DNA of 60,344 nt. Origin: a virus. Taxonomy: Duplodnaviria > Caudoviricetes. The translations under genes were made by a program, and so were the position numbers. Under the pieces are notes generated by a model. It worked only from the letters and a program-made list of their open reading frames with translations. It was not told the DNA's origin and did not search any database. Below are positions 18,401 through 28,900 of the stretch, piece by piece (within the stretch, counting starts at the first letter, position 1; each line of letters opens with the position of its first letter). The stretch spans positions 1-60,344 of IMG/VR virus record IMGVR_UViG_3300032219_000250, one strand, 5' to 3'.

Positions 18401-19370
18401 CGTACTGCGAACCCCCGGTGGTGTGGATGAGAGTTTCCTCGACCGCTTGTCTCCCGAAGAGCGTGAGCGGTATCTTGCCATGCAAGACCCCGACTACGTT
18501 AGTCCGTTGGCAGGACTTGCACCCCAAGACCTTGGTATCTCGCAACAGAACATTGACTCGTTCAATGAAAACTTCAACCCCGCAGGTGGCTTTAGCAGTG
18601 GCTGGCAAACCGTTGGCACCAACCGTGTGTTTATTAACGACGATGGTACGGCTTCCGTGCTTGACCCAACCACAGGTGGTTCGTCTTACCTCACCAAGGA
18701 ACAAGTTGATGCGTTGGTTGCCAACGGCACCCTCAACAGCGCCGCTTCTGGCTATGTTGCCGCAACAGGTGGTTCTGGTAACAGAGCAGGTGGTTCTGGC
18801 CCCGCTGGAGGCGGTGGTGGTAATAAGGGCGGTGGTGGCGGTGGTGGCGGTGGTAAGTCCACAACTGACAAGATCATTGACAAAATAGTTGATACTGCAA
18901 CCTCTAAACGTGGACTTGCCACGATTGCTGGCGCGGTGCTTGGCCCAGCTATCGCCCCCAAGGGTATCAACCCAATGGGACTGCGTAGCCTTCAAGCTGG
19001 TTCAGGACAACAGATGGTTCAGACTGGTGCCAAAGGCACGGGTGGTAAGGGTGGCGTGCGCTACTTTGAAAAGAAGGCGGGTGGCGGTGCAATCGACGGC
19101 TACGCTAAAGGTGGTGGCCTCGGCTACCTTAAATCCGCACATGACGGTATGGCTGACCAGATCAATGCTACTATCGACAACAAGCGCCCTGCCAAATTAA
19201 GCGGCGGCGAGTTTGTAATTCCTGCGGATGTGGTCTCGCATCTTGGCAACGGTAACTCCGAAGCAGGTGCCAAACAACTGTACGAGTTGATGTCACGTAT
19301 TCGCAAAGAACGCACGGGTACTCCCAAGCAAGCCAAGCAAGTCAATCCGAAGAAATATCTTCCACGATAA
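15456..19370 (+). CDS. large internal virion / ejection protein
   Basis: Gly/Ala hydrophobic N-terminus, coiled coil, long acidic low-complexity region, C-terminal DGMADQINA...LSGGEFVIPADVVSHLGNGNSEAGAKQL domain. Confidence 0.7.
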   Translation: MPAAALVIGVIAVETGVAAVIGSAIVGTLTTATVSTAVATAIGSGVISAGLSVAQGATVSQALKGAIVGGVTSYIGASIAGEVTKSITTAATEAGYTSIAGSIGKVAGAMAGGGSQAALGAVISGKGDPIKALITGGLTAGLTSGAMIGVNEVTSRIPGFNDLAKDYGAAGAATQRAVNAGLAAGVLGKDTDKAVVNSVLKSMLSTGADYVKTGLKDGSEALQTAYNNAIKTGEALDSNAKRQDEIVKDYNSSAEAIEAKRQAIQADLDMYNEKKALYEEGEIGVEEVNKYAERVNLAIPGYEEERAKVETKLTTLSTELDTLKTQIPALEQTLAQQKATLDTSVADFQKQEEANAQHVAKVFNDTVAAKTEVEQTLGAPLTQEQLDAFVATGDVKTAARDYMDIKTTDLAEAQEAALKEGYRFDPNDPEMVARFTGVKDEAETLAAVRSFADARATTMQEATDLYTQAYTDIYGPDVDVPPPTEEDLLAFMPQVPVDVSSIPEGYQSVAEDVVKGRIQDQFSQNLGFDDYLDRTEAQEALGEERPDAATWQEYAGTSGIVDAGGDDVFQTSVKAGDNVAATRSLTPAYQPDADQTGTDFGFDQTDQFDPTDFGLAQTDQPTGYDLAQQDTFDTTATTTPDFGVSQTQAQTTGDDQFGFETIGDPDYLFGSPTVSDLGIATGSTTGQAAEDTGLADLGLGTTTEGTQGDYGVAQTDTMLTNPEFDQQVAGFDAQDYLGTQPSQDVGDIGVQTAAYSPTTTLTDVGEPTDVGLRSLLTQQRGGTSAMADDTTETPTTLAGQNLATDEAQQDQTQQADTKVADSTLTTGAPAGTITEKILGEDADQDVPADSLTSKYFNEDKKEGEDADSLSATSLTRGFNYTAPRPTDEIVRGSSIANLNRDDLDSFLSPLRTNTTSLTTGQDTPLTNAATQGTAMDEDNFDWDSWDRAVEDYVQQYDASRASQGDSDPDANGSVGGDSSGDGVLRTPGGVDESFLDRLSPEERERYLAMQDPDYVSPLAGLAPQDLGISQQNIDSFNENFNPAGGFSSGWQTVGTNRVFINDDGTASVLDPTTGGSSYLTKEQVDALVANGTLNSAASGYVAATGGSGNRAGGSGPAGGGGGNKGGGGGGGGGKSTTDKIIDKIVDTATSKRGLATIAGAVLGPAIAPKGINPMGLRSLQAGSGQQMVQTGAKGTGGKGGVRYFEKKAGGGAIDGYAKGGGLGYLKSAHDGMADQINATIDNKRPAKLSGGEFVIPADVVSHLGNGNSEAGAKQLYELMSRIRKERTGTPKQAKQVNPKKYLPR

Positions 19371-19379
19371 GGAGCAAGC

Positions 19380-20906
19380 ATGGCAACTATTGCAACAGGA
19401 TCGGTTGAGAATACCGTATCAGACTGGGCGGCTCCGGTAGTAGGCGGCTTAATTGGTGCGGCGGTTGATACCGCTGGTCAAGACTATCAAGTCTATGGCG
19501 GTAACAAGGTCGCAGACACTTCTACCCTTCAGAACAGTGCTTTTACAGGCATTGGCGGTCTTGCGGCACCACAAGCGGTGACCGATGCTACGACCAACTT
19601 GGGTAGTGTTTACAGCAGAGCATCTACGCAACCTGCATATACAGGTACAACGATTGGTAATCAATTCACTGCCCCGGCAGCGTACTCTCCCACTACACAA
19701 GGTAACACGTATGGTGGTGTTGGAGCATACTCACCAACTACGCAAGGCAATCAGTTCGGTGGTGTAGCTGACTTCCAAGCAGGTCAGTTCACGGCTGGGT
19801 TCAATGCACCTCAAGCCTACACAGGTGGCACCTTCAATGCGGGTACTGTTTCCGCAGGTCTTGGCGCACCCGGTAGTGTTGAAAGCTACATGAATCCCTA
19901 CCTGCAAAACGTAGTGGATGTTCAAGCACGTGAGGCTCGTCGTCAAGCTGACATTCAGCGTGCCAACGATGCAAAGAAATTTCAAGGTGCTTTTGGTGGT
20001 GGTCGTCAGGCTTTGTACGAATCCGAAAATCGTCGCAATCTGGCAACTCAGGTAGGTGACATCCAAGCCAAAGGTTCGCAAGCGGCCTATGACGCCGCAC
20101 TCAAACAACGTCTGGCTGAAGCCGAGCAGTACCGTCTTGGTTCCGAGTCTACTGCCAAGCTGGGCTTGGAAGCTCAAAAGTATGGCGAAGATTCTCGCCA
20201 GTTTGGTGCCAAGCAGGGGTTAGCTTCTGCGGAACTCGCCGCCAAGTATGGTATGGACGCACAGCGTTTGGGCGAAGAGTCCCGTCAGTTTGCCGCCAAG
20301 CAAGGTTTGACTGAAGCCGAGTTGCAAGCCAAGTACGGGCAGTCTGCCGCAGATGCGGCTGAAGCCTCGCGCCAATTTGCCGCCAAGCAAGGTCTCTCCA
20401 ACGCCGAGTTGCAAGCCAAGTATGGTTTGGATGCCGCACGTCTGACTGAGGAGTCTCGTCAGTTTGGTGCCAAGCAGGGGCTGACCTCTGCCGACCTTGC
20501 CGCTAAGTACGGTCTGGAAGGTTTGAAAGAATCTGAAGCCTCTCGTCAGTTTGGTGCCAATCTCGGCCTCAAGTATCTGTCTGAAGCAAACCAAGCCGCG
20601 ACCAACATGGGCAACATCGGGGTCAACAAAGCCAACTTTGATCTTAACCGTCTTAAGACGATGGCTGACATGGGCGCTACTCAACGTGCTATTGACCAAG
20701 AAGGTCTCACTTCTGATTACGCTGACTTTATTGCTCAACGCGATTGGGATAAGACTCAGCAGAAGTACCTCAAGGATATGTTGTCTGGCTTGCCAATGAC
20801 CACGCAGAACCAGTATGGTGAGAAGCCTACAACGGCAGAGAGCATCGTCAGTGGTGGCTTGACCGCAGATGCTATTTATCGAAAACTGTACGGCGACAAG
20901 CCATAA
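19380..20906 (+). CDS. DNA transfer / ejection protein with 29-aa repeats
   Basis: YMNPYLQNVVD...GAFGGGRQA motif; SRQF(G/A)AKQGL..AEL.AKYG repeats. Confidence 0.7.
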   Translation: MATIATGSVENTVSDWAAPVVGGLIGAAVDTAGQDYQVYGGNKVADTSTLQNSAFTGIGGLAAPQAVTDATTNLGSVYSRASTQPAYTGTTIGNQFTAPAAYSPTTQGNTYGGVGAYSPTTQGNQFGGVADFQAGQFTAGFNAPQAYTGGTFNAGTVSAGLGAPGSVESYMNPYLQNVVDVQAREARRQADIQRANDAKKFQGAFGGGRQALYESENRRNLATQVGDIQAKGSQAAYDAALKQRLAEAEQYRLGSESTAKLGLEAQKYGEDSRQFGAKQGLASAELAAKYGMDAQRLGEESRQFAAKQGLTEAELQAKYGQSAADAAEASRQFAAKQGLSNAELQAKYGLDAARLTEESRQFGAKQGLTSADLAAKYGLEGLKESEASRQFGANLGLKYLSEANQAATNMGNIGVNKANFDLNRLKTMADMGATQRAIDQEGLTSDYADFIAQRDWDKTQQKYLKDMLSGLPMTTQNQYGEKPTTAESIVSGGLTADAIYRKLYGDKP

Positions 20907-20916
20907 AGGGTAAGCC

Positions 20917-22926
20917 ATGAGCATCGGACAATCACTTGAAGACGTACGTAAAGATTTGAAGTTAATTCCAACTCCGAATCTGATGGAGTACAAGAAGAAC
21001 CCCGGCAAGCAAGCAATTGACGGAATTCCTATGGACATGTTGGCAGGTCTTGAACTTAGCCGCCGTGCCCAACTGCAAACTGAGCAAACAGCTAAGAACG
21101 CACCGAACCCGCAACAGATGCCAACGGTGATTGACTCAGAAGCTCAAAGAGCAATGGGTCTCCAGTCGCTGATGCCGCAGGGTGCTCCTCAACAAGGTGC
21201 CGCTCCACAAGCACCTCAGTTTGCTTCGCAAATGCCAGCCCCACAAGGTATGCCCCAAGGTGCTCCGCAAGGTATGCCCCAAGGCGCTCCACCGCCTCAA
21301 CAGATGGCGCAAGCTCCTGCACCAACTGGCCCTCAGATGCCGATGCAACCGACTCAGCAACAGCCCAAGAAACTTGCGGCTGGTGGTATCGTCACGCTCA
21401 AAGATATGCAGGATGCGCAAGACCAAGGCGGTATGACAGGTCTCTATGGTGGTGGTCAGCCGTTGCAGATGTCATCAGATGCGGGTCAACCCTTAGAGAT
21501 GATGGCAGGTGGTGGCATCGTTGCCTTCCGCAATAACGAGGATCAGCCCGTTGATGCAGATATGCCAAGCGATGAGGATGATGTGGTTGCTCGGAATACT
21601 GGCGCGGCTTTCGGTATTTACCCTAACTCGGGAGTACGCCGCGCACCTCCTCGCGCAAAAGATACTTCGACTGAAGAACAGCGCAGTGGTATGGAAGCCT
21701 ATCGCCCTCGCCGCCCCACTGCCTCACAGCAGTTGGAGTACGACCGCCAAGCGGCAATGGAACAAGTTATTAAAGGAACTGATCCTGCTGACAACCTACC
21801 AATCAAAGATGTTGAAGACCCCTACGCCAAGCTGATGAAGCAGATCATTGCCCAACAAGGTAAACCTGCGGGTGGTGGCGGTGGCGGCATAAACACCAAA
21901 CAGTTGCTTGCGGATTTCCGTAAGGAACTTGAGCCATACATGAAGCAGTCTGATGCTGAGAAGAACACCATCGAAGCCTATGGTGCGTTAGCAAACGCCA
22001 CAAAAAACGCGCAGTCTCCTTACTTGAGTCCCGAGCAACGCCGTGATCAAGAGAAAGCTCGCCGTGCCGAGTTGGATGCTGAGATTGCTCCGTTCCGTCA
22101 GCAACAAGAAGCCATCCTTGCCAACCAAGAAAAACGCATTGGTGACCGTTTTGGTCAGAAGGCAATTGACGCACAGTTGCGCATAGGCTTGGGGGGTTTG
22201 TCGGGTAAGAAACTTGCGGTTGCCGCAAACGAAGGTTTGGATTACTACGACCGTATCTCTCAACTTGAAGACGCCGCCAAAGAGAAGTTGGAGAGCGCAC
22301 GTCTAAACATGATCAACGCACGTCTGCAAGATTCGCAAGGTAACCGTAAGGAAGCCGAAGAGTATGTTCGCCGTGCTGAGAAAGACAAGGCCGATGCTCA
22401 ATCGTTTGAGATCAACAAACTCAAACTTACCGCCGATGCACTCAAAGGTGGTGCTGACGTTGAGATGAAGCGCGACAAACTTGCGGCTGGTCTGGAGTCC
22501 GGCCTAGGCCGTATGGGTATGCAGATTGAGCACGGCAATCAAATGGCTGGCGCACGTGCAGATGTTGCCAATGCCCAGAACCAAGTACGTCTCTTGGGTC
22601 TGATGGCTAACATTGAGCGCGATCGTGCCAAGGCAGGTCAAGCAGGTCTGCCTACCCTCCAAGAAAAAGTGGCGGTTCAAAAACTTGTTGACCCTATGTT
22701 CTCTACACCGAACAGCCCAGCGGTCATTGACGCACTGCGTAAGCACCCTCAAGGCGCACAATTACTTGCCGATCTTCAACGTGATCCTAAGTTGTTCATG
22801 TCGAATCCTCAGATTCGCACTATCATTGAGCAAGCCAAGGAAAACTACATAACCAACTTCCGTCGCGGCACTCGCACGGGGGGCGGTATTCCTACTATGG
22901 ATCAAGTTGAAGCTGGGATGCAATAA
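20917..22926 (+). CDS. internal virion protein
   Basis: Pro/Gln-rich region, LAAGGIV and MAGGGIVAF motifs, helical C-terminus. Confidence 0.65.
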   Translation: MSIGQSLEDVRKDLKLIPTPNLMEYKKNPGKQAIDGIPMDMLAGLELSRRAQLQTEQTAKNAPNPQQMPTVIDSEAQRAMGLQSLMPQGAPQQGAAPQAPQFASQMPAPQGMPQGAPQGMPQGAPPPQQMAQAPAPTGPQMPMQPTQQQPKKLAAGGIVTLKDMQDAQDQGGMTGLYGGGQPLQMSSDAGQPLEMMAGGGIVAFRNNEDQPVDADMPSDEDDVVARNTGAAFGIYPNSGVRRAPPRAKDTSTEEQRSGMEAYRPRRPTASQQLEYDRQAAMEQVIKGTDPADNLPIKDVEDPYAKLMKQIIAQQGKPAGGGGGGINTKQLLADFRKELEPYMKQSDAEKNTIEAYGALANATKNAQSPYLSPEQRRDQEKARRAELDAEIAPFRQQQEAILANQEKRIGDRFGQKAIDAQLRIGLGGLSGKKLAVAANEGLDYYDRISQLEDAAKEKLESARLNMINARLQDSQGNRKEAEEYVRRAEKDKADAQSFEINKLKLTADALKGGADVEMKRDKLAAGLESGLGRMGMQIEHGNQMAGARADVANAQNQVRLLGLMANIERDRAKAGQAGLPTLQEKVAVQKLVDPMFSTPNSPAVIDALRKHPQGAQLLADLQRDPKLFMSNPQIRTIIEQAKENYITNFRRGTRTGGGIPTMDQVEAGMQ

Positions 22927-25900
22927 TGCGCGTTGTCAACATACCTAACTATGGGCCTGTCTCGTTTCCTGATGGAACGCCTGATGAAGAAATCAACGCT
23001 CGCGTGGCGAGGTTCATGGCGGCTCAACAGCAGAAGCAAGAATACACGCCTGATTACCGTGACCTAGGAATAGGGCAACTGGTATCTGGCGGCTTCAAAC
23101 GAGCCGCCTCTTCGTTAGGTAGTACGGTCACTGATCTTCTCCCCGCTCTCGGGGGCGCGATGGTCGGCAACGATAAGTACGCCAGAGAGCAACTGGCTGA
23201 AGCCGCTGAGAAGCGGCGACAAGCTGAACTTGCCAACCCCACTGGATACAAGTCGTACAAAGATGTGCGTGGTTTAGGTGATGCGGCTGGCTTCGTGGCT
23301 GAGACTGTTGGTGAACTTGGCCCAGACATTCTTGGGCTACTCACCGGAGCAGGTGTTGGTGCGTCCGTAGGTAAACGTATTGCCACAAAAGGTGTTGAAG
23401 AAACAGCAGGCAAACTTGCCGTAGAGTCACTCGCTAAAAAAGGTTTGACAGGTGAGGCACTGGATGCCGCCGCCGCACAGGTCGGTAAGGATGCAGTTGA
23501 AGCCGCCGCTAAGAAGGGTGCCGCACGTGGCACCATGACTGGTTTGTATGGCTCTTCGGTTGGCCTGAACGCCCCTGATACGTTTCAGAACATCTTTGAG
23601 AAGACTGGCAACCTAGAACCCGGCATTGCCTTGGCGTTCGGCGCGGCGCAGGGCGTACTGGATACGTACTTGCCAAGCAAAATCTTGTCGCAACTCGGCT
23701 CCGCAGGGCGGGATCGTTTGGCTGGTGAGATCGTCAAGCGTTCATCGCTGATCCCTGATTCGGCAAAAGTTGCCGTTGCCAAAGAGCTTGCCAAAACAAC
23801 CGCAGGTGAGGCAACAACCGAAGCCCTACAAGAAGCACTCGGCATCCTTGCCGAGAAGACCGCTGGTGCCAAGGGTGACTTCCTCTCTTCCGAGAACGTA
23901 GACCGTTTACTGAACTCAGCAATCAAGGGCGCAATCGGTGGTGGTACGTTCGGTGCTCCCGGCGCAATCGTAGAAGGTCGCCGTTCTGCTCAACTTCAGC
24001 GTGAAGAAGCTGATCGCCGTACCGAGGCAGAAGGTCAACCCCCTGCACCTCCTACTGGTGGAACACCCAAGGTTGACTACAACGTCCCAGCGTACATGCG
24101 CCGTGCGGGAACACAGACAGATATGTTCCAAGGCGAGCTTGATAAGGCTCGCGGCTTCGGCATGGATGAAGTTGCCAAGGCTACACCTGATAGTAAGGGT
24201 GCCACATACGCTGAGTCTGTTGAAGCCGCCAAGCTCAAACTTAAATCCAAGGGCACATCGTCCCTGACTGCTGACGAACTTAATCTTCTGCGCAGTGAGC
24301 CTGACACTGAGATCGGCACCTACGACGAAGGTCGTCAGATGTCCTTGTTTGAAGACACAGGCGAGAAACGTGCCAAGCGTCAAGCAGAAGTTGAAGAGTC
24401 ATTCAAGAGTGCCGAGCCTGATCTACTAGGCGATGTCCTACCTCCAACTGAGCAAGAGGCTTCGCTTGAACCCGTACCTGATCCACGTGTTGAAGCGTTG
24501 ATTGAGAAGGTGCGCCGCCGTGAAGCGTTGGCACCCGATGAGATTGCACTCTTGCAAGGCCGTGTTGAAGAAGCTCCCATCTCTGCTGATCCGCGCCAAG
24601 GCGCGTTGCAGTTTGCCGCACCTGCCCCCGAAGGTCGTGGGTTCCGCGAAGAGCCGTTCAACACACAGATGCCTGACCAACTCCAAGAGAAGGTCGGGCG
24701 TGACAGCGCGTTCCGTCAAGCCGAGCAAGAAGCCGCCGCACAGAAACAAGCTGAGACCGTAGCCGCTGAGAATCAGCGTCAGCTACAACTTGCCGAGCCA
24801 CCTGCACCTCCCGCTCCTCCTGCACCTGCTCCTCGCGAACAGGTACAAGAGTCGTTCCCCGGCATGGGTGTGCGCTATGGCGACAAGGTGCGTGCCAACC
24901 AAGAAGCGGCAAGAGCCGAAGCGACCACTAACAAGACCCCAGATGCCGTATCTGGGGTCGTATCGCAAGACATGCTGACAGGTTTTGGTGTGTTACCCGC
25001 CGCTCCGCTGCGCAAACGTCTCGTAGGTAAAGATTTGTCCAACCCGACTGACAGGGCACAGGTTCAGCGTGAGCTTTCCGCATACGCCAAGAACGAAGCT
25101 GTTCCCCCTGAGTCCCGTGAAAAGGTTAATCAGTTCTTGCAGTCTCCTTTATTCATGGAACAAACTGCGATGTTTGGGCCGAAAGGTGGCGCGACTGCCG
25201 CCGCCACCAGAAAGGAGACCCCCCGTGTTGAACTCAAACCTATCGAACCTGTCCCTACCATTACTGGAGAGGGCGTTTCAGTTCCTAGCCGACCCGCAGA
25301 GCCAGAAGCCCCCGCAGGAACTCCTGCACCTAGAAATGGGGGAGTGGATGTATCTACAAGCGGTACTGGACAGACTGGAGTACGAGCGGAGCCGAAGCAA
25401 GGAACACTGAAGACCGTTAAGTTTGAGCCTGTGGCGTTGGTTACGCCCAAGGTTGAGACCAAAGCTAAAGCCAAAGCCAAAGCCGAGACCCCTAGTGCTG
25501 ACGAGCAAGCTGATCTGCAAGCTGAACTTGATGCTGAGATGGGTCAGAAGACAGAAGTCAAAGCTACGAAGCCCGAAGTCAAAGTTGAAAAGTCCAAGGC
25601 TGAGAAGCCCGAAGTCAAGGCTGAGAAACCCGCTGAGAAACCCAAGGCCGAGAAGCCTGTGGAAAAGCCTGTGGAGAAAGTCGAGCCTAAGAAAGAAGCC
25701 AAGGCTGAAAAGCCCGCAGAAAAATCTGTGGGTAAGTCAGAACCCAAGAACGAACAGAAAGACGTGCCCGAAGATATTGGGGAAGTCAAAGTCTCGCAAG
25801 CACGTGCGGGAAGTTTGTTTGAGCGCATCAAGGCCGAGGGCTACGGCATCGAGAAGAACGATGTGGATGCCAAGGATGTCAACCGTGCCACGTTGCTCAA

Positions 25901-28900
25901 GGTCGGCAGAACCAAACTGACTGCCACTGCACAAGCCGCTAAGTTGTATTTCAGCAAGGTGCCTCGCGTTGTGGATGCCATGCGCAATATCGCGTTCGAT
26001 GTGGTCTACGACACGCCTCGCTTCCGTCGCGGTAGCGAATCAAAAGCTGAGTCTGACTTCTTCCAAGGCATGAACGGTGAGAACGCCAAGCTCGCGTTTG
26101 ACTGGATACGTGCAAACATGTCGAGCGAAACCAATGCACAACTGGACAAACTTGTTCAGGAGTATGAGCGTCAGCAACGCATGACAACAGATGAGGCATT
26201 GGTGCAGTTGTTCTCGGACGCCTTTGCTGGCAAAGAGACCGTTGATGCAACCATCCAGTCTTACATAGATGCCCAAAAGGGTGAGACCAAGAAGATCAAA
26301 CTTGACGCTGTACAGAGCGCGGGTTTACCCTTGCACCCCTCAGTCGTTGCGGCTTTGAAGGGTAATGATGTGCAAGGTGCTCTGCGCTTGTTGGCGGCAA
26401 GCACTGAAGGCCCAATCTCTCAAACTGCCTCGGCGCTGATCAAAGCCAAGATCACATCAAAAGTTGTTGTTGAGAAGAATCTCACCGATGAGAATGGTGT
26501 ACGTGTCCCCGGCTACTACGATCCGAAGACTGACACCGTATATCTTGATGCTGAGTTAGGCTTGAACCCACACGTGCTGTTCCATGAACTTGGACACGCC
26601 GCAACATCTCACGTGATTGAGAACAAGGCACACCCCTTGACAAAACAACTTACTCAGTTGTTTGATGACGTGAAGGGTTCGCTGGACACTGCATACGGCT
26701 CAACAAGTTTGGATGAGTTCGTTGCCGAGGCGTGGGCCAACGAAGAGTTCAAGGGCAAGCTCAACTCCATCAACCCCAAGGGCGAGAAGATCACTGCATG
26801 GCAACGCTTCACCAACGCGATTGTCAACTACTTCCGCAAACTCATGGGCAAAGAGACCAAGGGTATTGAGAGCGCATACGATGTGGCAGACCGCCTCATT
26901 CAAGCCATCTTGTCCCCTGCACCCGAGGGTCGTAATGGCCCGATGCTCTACGCCGCCGTGGTCAATCCCAAGAATCCAATGTTGGCAAACTGGCTCGACC
27001 AAGGTGTTGAAGTCGCCACGAAGTTAGGTGTACCTCCACAACTTGCCGCCAAGACGCACGAGTTCCTCAAGAACTCCACAAGCGGTGTGGCTAACAACAT
27101 GTTGTTGTCCACGTTGCCACTGCATGCACTGTCGGATGTTGCCAAGAAGTACCTGCCTAGAGCGGTCGATGTTGACCGTCTTGTTAACGAGAAGTCCGGT
27201 GACGAGTACGCACGTACTCAACGCATCGAACCTGTGATCAACGAAGCCGAACGCTGGGCAAAGGCCAACCCACAGTTGCTCGACAAGTTCAACCGTATCG
27301 TCTATGACAGCACGACCAACGAGGTTGATCCGTCTGTTCCACGTGAAACGTACGAGAAGATCAAGGACAAGGAAACCCGCGAGGCCAAGCTCAAAGAGTG
27401 GGATGCCATGCAAGCGGATTGGAAGAACCTTGGCCCCGGAGGTCGTCAGGTGTACACACGTATGCGTGATACCTACGCCGCCATGTACGAAGATGTCAAG
27501 AAGGCCATCGGTGCCAAGATTGACTCTGCCACAAGTGCTGACACTGCCAAGAAAATCAAGAACGAAATCTATGCCAAGCTCGCAGAGCGTGGACATGTAT
27601 CGCCTTACTTCCCACTGACACGTAATGGTGACTACTGGTTGTCGTACACCGCCAAAGACGCACGGGGTCAGCCTGACTTTTATGTCATGGCGTTTGAGAC
27701 CGAGTACGAGCGCAGTCGAGTAGAGGCGCAGTTGAAAGCGGGTAAGACTGAAAAAGAACTCAAAGAGATGGCGATCCGCGCGTACAAGAACATCGGCGAG
27801 ATCAGCTACAAGGATGTACCACCTACTTCATTTGTGAATGGCGTGCTCAAGACGCTCGAAGTCAACAAGGTTGATGAGAAGGCGCGAGAAGAAGTAATGC
27901 GCCTGTTCTTGAACACACTGCCTGAAACATCTTTTGCGCAAGGGTTCCAACGCCGCCAGAACCGCCTTGGATTTAACCGTGATGCCATCCGTGCGTTCCG
28001 CGAGAAGTCCATGAGCATGGCTCGGCAGTTAAACAACATGACCTACGCTTCCAAATTAACTGATCTGCGTGATCAGTTGAGAGCCGATGTCAGGGCACTG
28101 GGTCAGACCGAAGACAACCGTGTTGCCGCCGAGTACTACGATGAATTGAAGCAACGCATCAACTTTGCGATCAGCCCAACGACCAACACAGCAACTCGCA
28201 TACTGTCGTCAATTGGCTTTAACTACTTGCTCGGCTTCAACATCTCCTCTGCCGCTGTCAACTTAACGCAGGTTCCCCTGATCGTGTTGCCATATCTCGG
28301 CGGTAAGTACACCTACGGTGATGCAAGCAAAGCAATCCAAGAGGCGTACAAGATGTATGCCCGAAGTGGTTTTGACCGCAATGTGACCATCATGTCCAAG
28401 GAAGGCGATAAAGATGTTCAGGTGAATGAACGTGCAATGCCAGCACTGGACAACTACGACTTTGCCGCACTTGATGCCAAGAAAGATGCGCGTACAAAAC
28501 GACTGGAGACCCTTGCCGAGGAAGCCTCACGTGCGGGTCAACTCAACCGCTCCATGTTCTATGACGTGTTGGAAGTTGATGGAAGCAAGAACTTCTTCTC
28601 TGTGTTCAACGGTGCATCCAGTTTTGCTTTCCATCATGGTGAACGCATGAACCGTCAGGTGACGATGATTGCCGCCTACAACCTTGAACTCGATTCAATA
28701 GACGGCAAACTTAACAAACGTGTTGACCCCGACAGCACGGAAGACACGCGCACGTTCAAGGACTTGAGTCAGAAAGAACGTGAGCAGTACGCCGCTCGGC
28801 AAGCCATCTACACAACCGAGATGACCAACGGCGGTACCACTGCCGCATCTGCCCCTCGTATTGCTCAAGGGGCTTGGGGTAAGGTGCTCTTCATGTTCAA

